A stretch of DNA of 64,000 nt from Candidatus Spyradocola merdavium (GTDB lineage: Bacteria; Bacillota; Clostridia; Christensenellales; UBA1750), in assembly GCA_018711265.1 (NCBI GenBank), contig DVIM01000067.1:26771-90770 (forward strand). Reading direction: 5' to 3'. Shown here one piece after another: positions 16,706-25,470 of the stretch (positions are counted from its first letter, which is position 1; each line of letters begins with the position of its first letter). The notes beneath the pieces were generated by a model. That model was given only the letters and a program-made list of their open reading frames with translations. It was not told the DNA's origin and did no database searches. The translations under genes were made by a program, and so were the position numbers.

Positions 16706-17994
16706 AGGTCAACGTCATCGGGGCGGGCCTTGCGGGCAGCGAGGCCGCATGGCAGCTCCTCAAGCGCGGGTGCGAGGTCGCGCTGTACGAGATGAAGCCG
16801 CAGAAGTTCACCCCTGCGCACCACATGCCCGGCTTTGCGGAGCTGGTCTGCTCCAACTCCCTGCGGTCGGACCGGCTCGAGAACGCGGTCGGCCTGCTCA
16901 AGGAGGAGATGCGGCGCGTGGGCTCGCTCATCATGGACTGCGCGGAGGCCGCGCGCGTGCCCGCGGGCGGCGCCATGGCCGTGGACCGGGAGAAGTTCAG
17001 CGCCGGCGTGACCGCGGCCCTGCGCAGCCACCCGCTCTGCACGGTCGTGGAGGGTGAGGTCACCGCCCTGCCCGAGGGGCCGACCATCATCGCCACCGGC
17101 CCCCTCACCAGCGACGCCTTTGCGCAGGCGATCGTCGCCCTCACCGGGCAGGAGGGGCTCTCCTTCTACGACGCCGCCGCGCCCATCGTCACCCTGGAAT
17201 CCGTGGACATGGACAGGGCCTTCCGCGCCTCCCGCTATGGCCGGGGCGAGGACGACTACATCAACTGCCCCATGACCGAGGAGGAGTACAACGCCTTCTA
17301 CGACGCGCTGATTGCGGCGGAGACTGCGCCGGTGCACGGCTTTGAGCAGGACAAGGTCTTTGAGGGCTGCATGCCCGTGGAGGTCATGGCGGCTCGCGGC
17401 CGGCAGACGCTCGCCTTCGGCCCGCTCAAGCCCGTGGGCCTTACCGACCCGCGCACGGGCAAGATGCCCTACGCCGTGCTGCAGCTCCGCCAGGACGACG
17501 CGGCCGGCACGCTCTACAACCTCGTGGGCTTTCAGACGCGGCTCAAGTTCCCGGAGCAGCGGCGGGTCTTCGGCATGATCCCCGCCCTGGCGCACGCGGA
17601 GTACGCGCGCTACGGCGTCATGCACCGAAACACGTTCCTCAACTCCCCGACGCTGCTGGACGACCACTTCCGCTTCCGGGAGGGGCTCTACTTTGCCGGG
17701 CAGATGACGGGCGTGGAGGGCTACATCGAGTCCGCGGCCTCGGGCATGGTTGCGGGCCTCTCCCTGTTCCAGGACCTGAGCGGCCGGCCGCGCACGGACT
17801 GGACGGACGAGACGGTGCTCGGCGCCATGGGCCGCTACGTCGCGAGCGCGAACCGCAACTTCCAGCCCATGAACGCGACCTTCGGCCTGCTCGCGCCCCT
17901 TGCCGGGAAAAAGATCCGCGTCAAGAAGGAGCGGTATGCCGCCATCGCCGCGCGCTCCCTGCAAAAGATCGGCGAAATCGTGAACGAACTGTAA
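16702..17994 (+). CDS. trmFO: Methylenetetrahydrofolate-tRNA-(uracil54-C5)-methyltransferase TrmFO
   Basis: [20 protein letters not shown] fold; SNSLRS and GFQTRLK motifs; the upstream 326 codons of the track ORF are an out-of-frame shadow of topA. Confidence 0.95.
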   Translation: MKVNVIGAGLAGSEAAWQLLKRGCEVALYEMKPQKFTPAHHMPGFAELVCSNSLRSDRLENAVGLLKEEMRRVGSLIMDCAEAARVPAGGAMAVDREKFSAGVTAALRSHPLCTVVEGEVTALPEGPTIIATGPLTSDAFAQAIVALTGQEGLSFYDAAAPIVTLESVDMDRAFRASRYGRGEDDYINCPMTEEEYNAFYDALIAAETAPVHGFEQDKVFEGCMPVEVMAARGRQTLAFGPLKPVGLTDPRTGKMPYAVLQLRQDDAAGTLYNLVGFQTRLKFPEQRRVFGMIPALAHAEYARYGVMHRNTFLNSPTLLDDHFRFREGLYFAGQMTGVEGYIESAASGMVAGLSLFQDLSGRPRTDWTDETVLGAMGRYVASANRNFQPMNATFGLLAPLAGKKIRVKKERYAAIAARSLQKIGEIVNEL

Positions 17995-18094
17995 AGGTTG
18001 GCCGCGCTGCGCCGGCGCGCGCAACATTTCTCTTTTTCCGGCGTTGAAAATGTGATAGGCTATTGTCAGAAACGGGTACGGAGGACGAACTCTT

Positions 18095-18643
18095 ATGGAA
18101 GAAAATCGAAGCGCATTCCGCGGCACGACCATCGTCGCGGTGCAGAAAGATGGGAAGACCGCCGTCGCGGGCGACGGCCAGGTGACCATGGGCGAGACCA
18201 CGATCATGAAGCACGGCGCCAAGAAGGTCCGCCGCATTTACGAGGGGAAGGTCGTCGTGGGCTTTGCGGGCTCCGTTGCGGACGCCTTTGCCCTGAGCGA
18301 AAAGTTTGAGGCCTGCCTGGAGCAGTTTGCGGGCAACCTGCCCCGCGCCGCGGTGGAGCTGGCGCAGAACTGGCGCATGGACAAGGGCATGCGCCAGCTG
18401 CAGGCCATGCTCCTTGCCGCGGACAAGGACAACCTGCTCCTGATCTCGGGCACGGGCGAGGTCATCGCGCCGGACGACGGCGTGCTGGCCATCGGCTCGG
18501 GCGGGAACTACGCGCTCTCCGCCGCGCGCGCGCTCGCGCGCAACACGGACCTTGCGCCCAAGGAGATCGTCCGCAAGGCGATGGAGATCGCCTCGGAGAT
18601 CTGCGTGTACACCAATGACCACATCACGGTCGAGGAGGTGTGA
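18095..18643 (+). CDS. hslV: ATP-dependent protease subunit HslV
   Basis: The GTTIVAV Thr nucleophile context and [14 protein letters not shown]. Confidence 0.95.
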   Translation: MEENRSAFRGTTIVAVQKDGKTAVAGDGQVTMGETTIMKHGAKKVRRIYEGKVVVGFAGSVADAFALSEKFEACLEQFAGNLPRAAVELAQNWRMDKGMRQLQAMLLAADKDNLLLISGTGEVIAPDDGVLAIGSGGNYALSAARALARNTDLAPKEIVRKAMEIASEICVYTNDHITVEEV

Positions 18644-18648
18644 GAGAG

Positions 18649-20016
18649 ATGAACACCATGACGCCAAGACAAATCGTCGAGGAGCTGGATAAGTACATCA
18701 TCGGCCAGGACGAGGCCAAGCGCGCCGTCGCCATCGCGCTGCGCAACCGCTACCGCCGCTCCCGCCTGGACCCGGAGATCCGCGAGGACATCACCCCGAA
18801 GAACATCCTCATGGTCGGCCCCACGGGCGTGGGCAAGACGGAGATCGCGCGGCGCCTGGCCAAGCTCGTGGACGCGCCCCTGGTCAAGGTGGAGGCCACC
18901 AAGTTCACCGAGGTCGGCTACGTGGGCCGCGACGTGGACTCCATGGTGCGCGACCTGGTAGAGACCTCGCTGCGCCTGGTCAAGGAGCGCATGGGCAAGG
19001 ACGTGGAGGCCGCAGCCGAGCAGAACGCCCAGGAGCGCATCCTGGACGCGCTCATCGCCAAGGAAAAGGGCGAAAAGAAGGCCGACCGCAACCCCATCGA
19101 GGCGCTGCTCGGCCCGGTGCGCAAGCCCGACGAGCCGCCCGAGGAGCGCGAGAGCCGCAGGCAGCGGCGCGAGCGCCTGCAGATGGACCTGCTCTGCGGC
19201 GCGCTGGAGGGCGAGATCATCGAGATCGAGGTCGAGGACAACGCCAGCAGCGAGACCCTGCCCGGCACGGACGTCTCCCTCAATGACATGCTCGGCGGCC
19301 TGATGCCCAAGAAGAAAAAGATCCGCAAGGTCTCCGTCATCGAGGCGCGCAAGATCCTCAAGGCGGAGGAGACCTCCAAGCTCATCGACATGGACAAGGC
19401 CGTCAGCGAAGCCATCTACAAGGCGGAGGAGGACGGCATCCTCTTCATCGACGAGATCGACAAGGTCGCCGGCCGCTCGCAGTCCGGCAGCCCGGACGTC
19501 TCCCGCGAGGGCGTGCAGCGCGACATCCTGCCCATCGTGGAGGGCTGCACGGTCAACACCAAGTACGGCCCGGTCAAGACCGACCACATGCTCTTCATCG
19601 CGGCCGGCGCCTTCCACGTGGCCAAGGTCACGGACCTCATCCCGGAGCTGCAGGGCCGCTTCCCCGTGCAGGTGAACCTGAAGCCCCTGACGGAAGAGGA
19701 CTTCCGCAAGATCCTCACCCAGCCGGAGAACGCGCTCATCAAGCAGTACCAGGCGCTGCTGGGCGTGGACGACGTGAAGCTGGAGTTCACCGAGGACGCC
19801 CTTCGCGAGATGGCGCACATCGCCGTGGAGATGAACGACAGCCGCGAGAACATCGGCGCGCGCCGCCTGCACACCCTCATCGAGGAGCTGCTGGACGAGG
19901 TCTCCTTCTCCGCCGGGGAAAATGGTCCCGAGACCGTCACGATCGACGGCGCGTACGTGCGCGAGCACCTCTGCGCCGCCATGCAGCAGTTCGACGTGGC
20001 CAAGCACATCATTTAA
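18649..20016 (+). CDS. hslU: ATP-dependent protease ATPase subunit HslU
   Basis: MTPRQIVEELDKYIIGQDEAKRAVAIALRNR and GPTGVGKTEIARRLA. ATG 18649 has GAGGAGG 10 nt upstream; the track GTG at 18640 is too close to the SD. Confidence 0.95.
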   Translation: MNTMTPRQIVEELDKYIIGQDEAKRAVAIALRNRYRRSRLDPEIREDITPKNILMVGPTGVGKTEIARRLAKLVDAPLVKVEATKFTEVGYVGRDVDSMVRDLVETSLRLVKERMGKDVEAAAEQNAQERILDALIAKEKGEKKADRNPIEALLGPVRKPDEPPEERESRRQRRERLQMDLLCGALEGEIIEIEVEDNASSETLPGTDVSLNDMLGGLMPKKKKIRKVSVIEARKILKAEETSKLIDMDKAVSEAIYKAEEDGILFIDEIDKVAGRSQSGSPDVSREGVQRDILPIVEGCTVNTKYGPVKTDHMLFIAAGAFHVAKVTDLIPELQGRFPVQVNLKPLTEEDFRKILTQPENALIKQYQALLGVDDVKLEFTEDALREMAHIAVEMNDSRENIGARRLHTLIEELLDEVSFSAGENGPETVTIDGAYVREHLCAAMQQFDVAKHII

Positions 20017-20311
20017 GAGAGAATCGCCCCTGCGGGAAGCGCAGAAAGACGATATTTTCAGTCTCCCGGAGGACAACCCTCTGGGAGATTTCTTGCAGAA
20101 CGCCGAGGAAGCCGCCCGCCCGGACAGCGATCCGGAGCAGGCGGCTATGGCGTTTCTCTGCAAGCAGCGCAAGCGGAACGGTGGGAAACTGTCCGAGGAA
20201 AAAAGAAGTGGTTGAAACGAATTGCACAGAAGTTGGACTTGCGGAAAAATCCGAAACCGCAGCGGGGTAAAAGAGCGACAAATCGGGATTTTGGTGGAGG
20301 AATATACAGAT

Positions 20312-20704
20312 ATGAAAAAATATAAGATTGCAGCATTGCTTATGATTATTCATGGATGTTTTATGGAACTTGGTGGAATTTTGGCAATGGTACCGGCATT
20401 GCTTATAGGAACTGATAAATATGATATAGGTCAATATTTTGAATTTAAACTTCCATATTTTCAAGATAATCTTTACATGATGATGGTTATGGGGGCAATA
20501 TATGGAGTGTTTAGACTTGTTGGAGCAATAGGATTGCTGAAAAATCGAATGTGGGGATTCGTACTATCTGTCATAAACTGTGTTATTACAATTACTTTAA
20601 TGATGTTCTTGTTGCCTGCCGGAATTATGGACGGAATACTTGCGGGAAGTGCTTTGATATTGATTTTGATGCAGTATTTTGGAGATAAAAAAATAGTAGA
20701 GTAG
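20312..20704 (+). CDS. Small 4-TM membrane protein of unknown function in a low-GC island
   Basis: GGAGG lies before ATG 20312. The 130-aa product is hydrophobic with AT-rich codon usage (first 60 nt about 27% G+C), in sharp contrast to all neighbours. Confidence 0.65.
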   Translation: MKKYKIAALLMIIHGCFMELGGILAMVPALLIGTDKYDIGQYFEFKLPYFQDNLYMMMVMGAIYGVFRLVGAIGLLKNRMWGFVLSVINCVITITLMMFLLPAGIMDGILAGSALILILMQYFGDKKIVE

Positions 20705-20733
20705 ACCGCAGACTTCCAATTTATCGGGGAGAT

Positions 20734-20815
20734 AGCAAAGCCAGCCGAGCCAGTCAACGGTCAAGATGAACGGCGCATAAATGCGCCGCCGTTGACAGCC
20801 CCGCCTGGCTTTGCT
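20734..20815. repeat. 82-nt GC-rich three-segment imperfect palindrome
   Basis: Three paired segments: 11 bp (20734-44 with 20805-15), 7 bp (20754-60 with 20789-95) and 8 bp (20771-78 with 20781-88), with internal loops between them. Confidence 0.8.
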
Positions 20816-20828
20816 GATGGGTAGTCAA

Positions 20829-20870
20829 GGCGGGAAAGCCCTGAAATGGCTTCCCGCCCATTTTAATTTT
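20829..20870 (+). terminator. Terminator-like hairpin after the island gene
   Basis: GGCGGGAAAGCC / GGCTTCCCGCC stem followed by CATTTTAATTTT. Confidence 0.55.
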
Positions 20871-20875
20871 GAGAG

Positions 20876-20932
20876 AAAAAACGCTCCAAAATCAGAAAGA
20901 AGGCGGCCAAGCACTTTGCGGGATTGGCCGCC
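20876..20932 (-). terminator. Intrinsic terminator after the XRE-family gene
   Basis: On the minus strand, a GGCGGCCAA...TTGGCCGCC stem followed by a T-rich tail. Confidence 0.7.
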
Positions 20933-21009
20933 TTGCCCACAAGGCAGAGCGCAGGACGAGGGACGGGGGGCTTTCCTATATGCCCTGTCTGCGGAGGAAA
21001 CGCCGCGCG

Positions 21010-21621
21010 CTACCGCTGCAGACGGTGGCGGCACATGCCGGTCCTTCCGCAGGCGGGGCAGGTGAGCCGTCTGCGGGTGAAGGTGTGATAGCCCTTGACG
21101 TATTCGGACAGCGTGGGCACAAAGCGCGTTCCGCAGTGCGGGCAGACGTAATAGCCGGCGCGGAGCTCCAGCATCGCCGCGCCGAGCACGCCCGCGGCGG
21201 CGGTGACCAGGGCCAGCGCGATCACAGCCGCCCGCGCCCACGCCGGGAGCGGCAGGAACCCCGCCAAAAGCACCAGGGCGACCATCGCGACGACCGTCAC
21301 GCTCCCCATCAGGATGGAGAGCGCCATCGTGCGCCGGTTCTCCTGCGCCTCCTGCATGAGCCGCAAAAGGTTTTCCTCCGCCTGTTCCCGATAGCGCGCC
21401 TCGGAGACCGTTTCGCCCGTGAGCAGGTCGTTGACCGTGATGTCCAGCACCTCGCACAGCGGCAGAAGGAGGGAGACCTCCGGAAGCCCCCTTCCGGTTT
21501 CCCATTTCGAAATCGTCTTGTCGCTGACGGAGAGCCGGTCCGCGACCTGGCGCTGCGTGAGGCCCTGGGCCTGCCGCCGCGCGGCGATGAAGCTGCCGAT
21601 CTTGCTTTGATCCATGCGCAC
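21010..21621 (-). CDS. Membrane-anchored XRE-family HTH regulator with C-terminal Cys4 zinc ribbon
   Basis: HTH_3 region LTQRQVADRLSVSDKTISKWETG, two TM helices, then CPHC...CPAC. Confidence 0.8.
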   Translation of the reverse strand: MRMDQSKIGSFIAARRQAQGLTQRQVADRLSVSDKTISKWETGRGLPEVSLLLPLCEVLDITVNDLLTGETVSEARYREQAEENLLRLMQEAQENRRTMALSILMGSVTVVAMVALVLLAGFLPLPAWARAAVIALALVTAAAGVLGAAMLELRAGYYVCPHCGTRFVPTLSEYVKGYHTFTRRRLTCPACGRTGMCRHRLQR

Positions 21622-21750
21622 AACCTCCTTTCTCGCTCATTGTACGGCAGGAGCGGCCTGTTGTCCACCTACGCATCGCAGGGTGCGGACTCTGCGGAGC
21701 GTAGAGCGGCGCTTTTCGCCCCGGCGCGCGGGAGCCAATCAATCGTTAAC

Positions 21751-21779
21751 TTGCGTAGGGAACCAAAAACGGGTATAAT
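21751..21779 (+). promoter_or_regulatory. Sigma-A promoter about 360 nt upstream of rnj
   Basis: TTGCGT, 17-nt spacer, TATAAT. Confidence 0.5.
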
Positions 21780-22142
21780 AAGAGAGATGGATTTCTGCCT
21801 GCGGCGCGCTGCGCATCTGGCGCGCACGGGAGAGAATCCGCACGGGGAGACCGCGCCAAGAGCGGGTTGACGCGGCACGTGCGGACGGCGTCCTGTGTGC
21901 GATGCGAGGAGAGCTTTTTGCCGCAGGTGCGGGATACAATCGAATAGCCGCCTTCGCCCCCTTTGCACGGGCAGGGACGGCGCGCGGAAGAATTCGCCCC
22001 GGCGGATTCGCCTGTTTCTCCTGCACTTCTTTTTTGCATGGGGGCGGGAGGAGTCTATCGCTTTTTCCCCAACGAGGTTGGGATCTGTCTGCGAAAAGAT
22101 ACGCAGCCAAACTCTTGAAGACAAAAGGAGGAATTTTTCGAC

Positions 22143-23816
22143 GTGTCACCAAAAGGAAAATTGAAGATCATTCCCCTGGGCGGCGTGGAGGAGATCGGCA
22201 AGAACATCTACGTCATCGAATATGCGGACGATATTCTCGTCGTGGACTGCGGCTCCATCTTCCCCAAGGAGGACATGCTGGGCATTGACCTGGTCATCCC
22301 GGACGTGACGTATTTGCAGCGCAACCGGGACCGCATCCGCGGCATCCTCGTCACCCACGGCCACGAGGACCACATCGGCGCCATCCCCTACGTGGTCAAG
22401 CAGCTCGGGGGCGTCGTGCCCATCTACGGCACGCGGCTGACCCTCGCCCTCATCGAGCTCAAGCTCAAGGAACACCGCGCCATGCCCAACGTGGCCCTGC
22501 ACACGGTCAAGCCCGGCTCCAGCGAGAAGATCGGCGCCTTTGACGTGGACTTTATCAAGATGAGCCACTCCATCGCGGGCGCGGTGGCCATGGCCATCAA
22601 GTGCTCGGTCGGCACGATCGTCGTCACCGGCGACTTCAAGGTGGACTATACGCCCGTGGACGGCGAGCGCATGGACTTCCAGAAGCTGGCGGAGCTCGGA
22701 AAGCGCGGGGTCCTAGCGCTGCTGATGGACTCCACAAACGTCGAGCGCGGCGGCTACACGATGAGCGAAAAGACCGTGGGCGAGACGTTCAACTCCTTCT
22801 TCCCCAAGGCGGAGGGGCGCATCATCATCGCCATGTTCGCCTCCAACGTCCACCGCATTCAGCAGGTGGTGGATTCGGCGCAGCACTACGGCCGGAAGGT
22901 CTGTCTGACCGGGCGGAGCATGATCAACGTCTCCACCGTCGCCATGCAGCTGGGCGAGCTGCGCATCCCCAGCGACGTCATGATCTCCATCGACGACCTG
23001 GACCGCTATCCGGACGAGGAGATCGTGGTCATCACTACGGGCTCGCAGGGAGAGCAGATGTCGGGCCTTACGCGCATGGCCTTCTCCGAGCACCGCAAGC
23101 TCGACATCAAGCCCTCGGACATGGTCATCATCTCGGCCAACCCCATCCCGGGAAATGAGCTGTCCGTCTCCCGCGTCATCGACCAGCTCCTGCGCAAGGG
23201 CGCAAACGTCATCTACGAGTCCCTGGCCGAGGTGCACGTTTCCGGCCACGCCTGCCAGGAGGAGCTCAAGCTCATGCACGCGCTGATCAAGCCGAAGTTC
23301 TTCATCCCCGTGCACGGCGAGTACCGCATGCTCTCCATGCACAAGCGCCTGGCCATGTCCATGGGCATGGCGGAGGACCACGTCATCATCCCGCGCCTGG
23401 GCGACGTCATCGAGGTCAGCCGCAACTCCTGCAAGGTGGCCGGGGCCGTGCCTGCGGGCGCGGTGCTGGTGGACGGCCTGGGCATCGGCGACGTGGGCAA
23501 CGTCGTGCTGCGCGACCGGCGCCACCTCTCCCAGGACGGCCTGATGACCGTCGTCGTGGGCCTGTCCAAGGAGGAAAACAAGCTGGTCTCCGGCCCGGAC
23601 ATCGTCACCCGCGGCTTTGTCTACGTCCGCGAAAACGAGGAGCTCATGGTCCAGGCGCGCGAGGTGGTCAAAAAGTGCGTGCAGGCCAGCCTCAAGGAGA
23701 GCCGCACGCCGGACTGGGGCGCCATCAAGGGCCGCATCCGCGATGACCTGCGCGAGTTCCTCTACCAGAAGACCAAGCGCAGCCCCATGATCCTGCCCAT
23801 CATCATGGAAGTCTGA
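22143..23816 (+). CDS. rnj: Ribonuclease J
   Basis: Beta-lactamase fold motif THGHEDHIG, beta-CASP domain, and C-terminal domain; GTG start with AAGGAGG upstream. Confidence 0.95.
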   Translation: MSPKGKLKIIPLGGVEEIGKNIYVIEYADDILVVDCGSIFPKEDMLGIDLVIPDVTYLQRNRDRIRGILVTHGHEDHIGAIPYVVKQLGGVVPIYGTRLTLALIELKLKEHRAMPNVALHTVKPGSSEKIGAFDVDFIKMSHSIAGAVAMAIKCSVGTIVVTGDFKVDYTPVDGERMDFQKLAELGKRGVLALLMDSTNVERGGYTMSEKTVGETFNSFFPKAEGRIIIAMFASNVHRIQQVVDSAQHYGRKVCLTGRSMINVSTVAMQLGELRIPSDVMISIDDLDRYPDEEIVVITTGSQGEQMSGLTRMAFSEHRKLDIKPSDMVIISANPIPGNELSVSRVIDQLLRKGANVIYESLAEVHVSGHACQEELKLMHALIKPKFFIPVHGEYRMLSMHKRLAMSMGMAEDHVIIPRLGDVIEVSRNSCKVAGAVPAGAVLVDGLGIGDVGNVVLRDRRHLSQDGLMTVVVGLSKEENKLVSGPDIVTRGFVYVRENEELMVQAREVVKKCVQASLKESRTPDWGAIKGRIRDDLREFLYQKTKRSPMILPIIMEV

Positions 23817-23837
23817 CACAGAAAGCGGGGGAGAGAG

Positions 23838-24185
23838 ATGAACATCTACGACCGCGCGCACGAGCTTGCGCGAGCCCTCAAGGAAAGCCCGGAATACCAG
23901 GACTACCAGCGCGCAAAGGAAATCGCCATGGAGAACGAGACGCAGAAGGCACTCATCGAGGAGTATAAAAAGCTCCAGTTCCAGCTGCAGATTTCCATGG
24001 CGGGCGGCGCTTCGCCCGACCCCGCGGAGCTGGAGCGCCTGCAGAAGATCGCCGGCGTCCTGCAATTGAGCCACGAGGCGACGGAGTACCTGATGGCGGA
24101 GTTCCGCTTCCAGAAGCTGCTGGCCGACATCTACAAGATCCTGGGGGACGCGGCCGGCATCGACATGGACATGCTCCGCAGCTGA
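23838..24185 (+). CDS. YlbF/YmcA-family protein (UPF0342)
   Basis: 115 aa; IYDRAHELARALKESPEYQDYQRAK is typical of the family. Confidence 0.8.
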   Translation: MNIYDRAHELARALKESPEYQDYQRAKEIAMENETQKALIEEYKKLQFQLQISMAGGASPDPAELERLQKIAGVLQLSHEATEYLMAEFRFQKLLADIYKILGDAAGIDMDMLRS

Positions 24186-24255
24186 GCGCGCGTGAAACGG
24201 CGCGGCCCTGCCGCTCGTTATCACAAAAGAAAAAGATTTCAGGAGGAGAGAAGCC

Positions 24256-25407
24256 GTGGCAGATCCCCAGAGAGCGAGAGGCTGGAACATCGTCTGGCGC
24301 ATCCTGCGCCCCTTTCTGATCTTTGCCTGCGCCTGCCTGTTGGTCGTGGGCATACTCGTCACGGCGTGGGATTTCCTGTACGAAAACTACATCATGCCCC
24401 CGGACCCCAACGACTCGACGCCGGTGGAGTTCGTCGTCGAGCGCGGGGCCTCGGTCTCGACCATCGCCCGGGAGCTCAAAGAGGCGGACCTTGTGCGCAA
24501 CAAGGGCGTCTTCCAATACCTGAGCGAGTTCATCGGCACGGGGCACCAGCTCAAGGCCGGGACCTACACCCTCTCGCGGGACATGACCATCCCGGAGATC
24601 ATCGACGTGCTCTCGGCCGGGGACGGCGGGACGGACGTGATGAACTTCACCATCGTCGAGGGCCTGACGGTCGAGGAGATCGGGCAGTCCCTGGTGGACC
24701 AGGGCGTGTTCGAATCCGCGGACCGGTTCCTGGAGATCTGCCGCACGGGCGAGGGCATCGCGGAGGACTATTCCTTCATCCAGGACGTGGTCGACGCCAA
24801 CGACGAGGGCCGCGCCTATGTCCTGGAGGGGTACCTCTATCCCGATACGTATGAGATCTACGTCGGCTCCTCGGAGGAGACGGTCATCGGCCGCATGCTG
24901 GACCGCATGAACGTCATCTACGGCGTGGCCTACCGCACGCGCGCCGAGGAGCTCGGCATGGACATGGACGAGGTCATCACCCTGGCCTCCATGATCGAGC
25001 GGGAGGGCAAGGCCGACTCCTTTGACAAGGTCTCCGCCGTCTTCCACAACCGCTTGGACGCCGGCATGGCCCTGGGCTCGGACGTGACCGTGCAGTACGC
25101 GCTGGGCGTGCGCCGCCTGGTGCTGACGCAGGAGGAGCTCGCCGTCGACAGCGCCTACAACACCTACCAGCACACGGGCCTTCCCGTCGGGGCCATCTGC
25201 AACCCCGGCAACGCGGCCATCGAGGCGGCGCTCTATCCCGACAGCGACTATGTGGAGGAGGGATACCTCTACTTCGTCCTGACCGACCCGGAGACGGGCG
25301 AGTTGGCCTTCACCAAGACCCTGGAGGAGCACGACGCCATCGTCGAGGAGTATCGCCCCCTGTGGGAAGCCTACGACCAGGCGAGCGAACAGGGAACGAA
25401 CGAGTGA
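24256..25407 (+). CDS. mltG: Endolytic murein transglycosylase MltG (YceG-like)
   Basis: N-terminal TM segment, LysM-like region, GYLYPDTYEIY, and LASMIEREG with the catalytic Glu. Confidence 0.9.
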   Translation: MADPQRARGWNIVWRILRPFLIFACACLLVVGILVTAWDFLYENYIMPPDPNDSTPVEFVVERGASVSTIARELKEADLVRNKGVFQYLSEFIGTGHQLKAGTYTLSRDMTIPEIIDVLSAGDGGTDVMNFTIVEGLTVEEIGQSLVDQGVFESADRFLEICRTGEGIAEDYSFIQDVVDANDEGRAYVLEGYLYPDTYEIYVGSSEETVIGRMLDRMNVIYGVAYRTRAEELGMDMDEVITLASMIEREGKADSFDKVSAVFHNRLDAGMALGSDVTVQYALGVRRLVLTQEELAVDSAYNTYQHTGLPVGAICNPGNAAIEAALYPDSDYVEEGYLYFVLTDPETGELAFTKTLEEHDAIVEEYRPLWEAYDQASEQGTNE

Positions 25408-25413
25408 ACTGGA

Positions 25414-25442
25414 AAAGGGCGCGCGAACGCGCCCTTTTTTGC
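25414..25442 (+). terminator. Intrinsic terminator after mltG
   Basis: GGGCGCG/CGCGCCC stem with a CGAA loop, followed by T6. Confidence 0.8.
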
Positions 25443-25470
25443 GCAATTCAAAAAAGGGGAGAATCGACGC

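Noticed and set aside
19922-20215. 97-aa ORF whose tail (LPEDNPLGDFLQNAEE...GKLSEEKRSG) extends past hslU; considered as a gene remnant, for example of codY
   Set aside because: Its first half is an alternative frame of hslU. The tail resembles nothing I recognise (not CodY), and no start or SD is evident. It is noted only as unannotated DNA.
20473-20757. 94-aa minus-strand ORF inside the low-GC island
   Set aside because: It is antisense to the better-supported 4-TM gene, which has an SD and a clean hydrophobic pattern. It has no SD of its own.
20734-20815. Palindrome after the low-GC gene considered as an integron attC site (gene cassette)
   Set aside because: The GTTGACA/TCAAC cores are internal rather than at the outer ends and only approximate the R'/R'' consensus. 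No intI, attI or further cassettes lie nearby. It is kept only as an unexplained repeat.
21787-21900. Possible c-di-GMP or other known riboswitch in the rnj leader, because of the repeated CGCACGGG motifs
   Set aside because: I could not align it to any aptamer consensus I know (GEMM-I/II, ZTP, SAM, cobalamin). The claim would be unsupported without cmscan.
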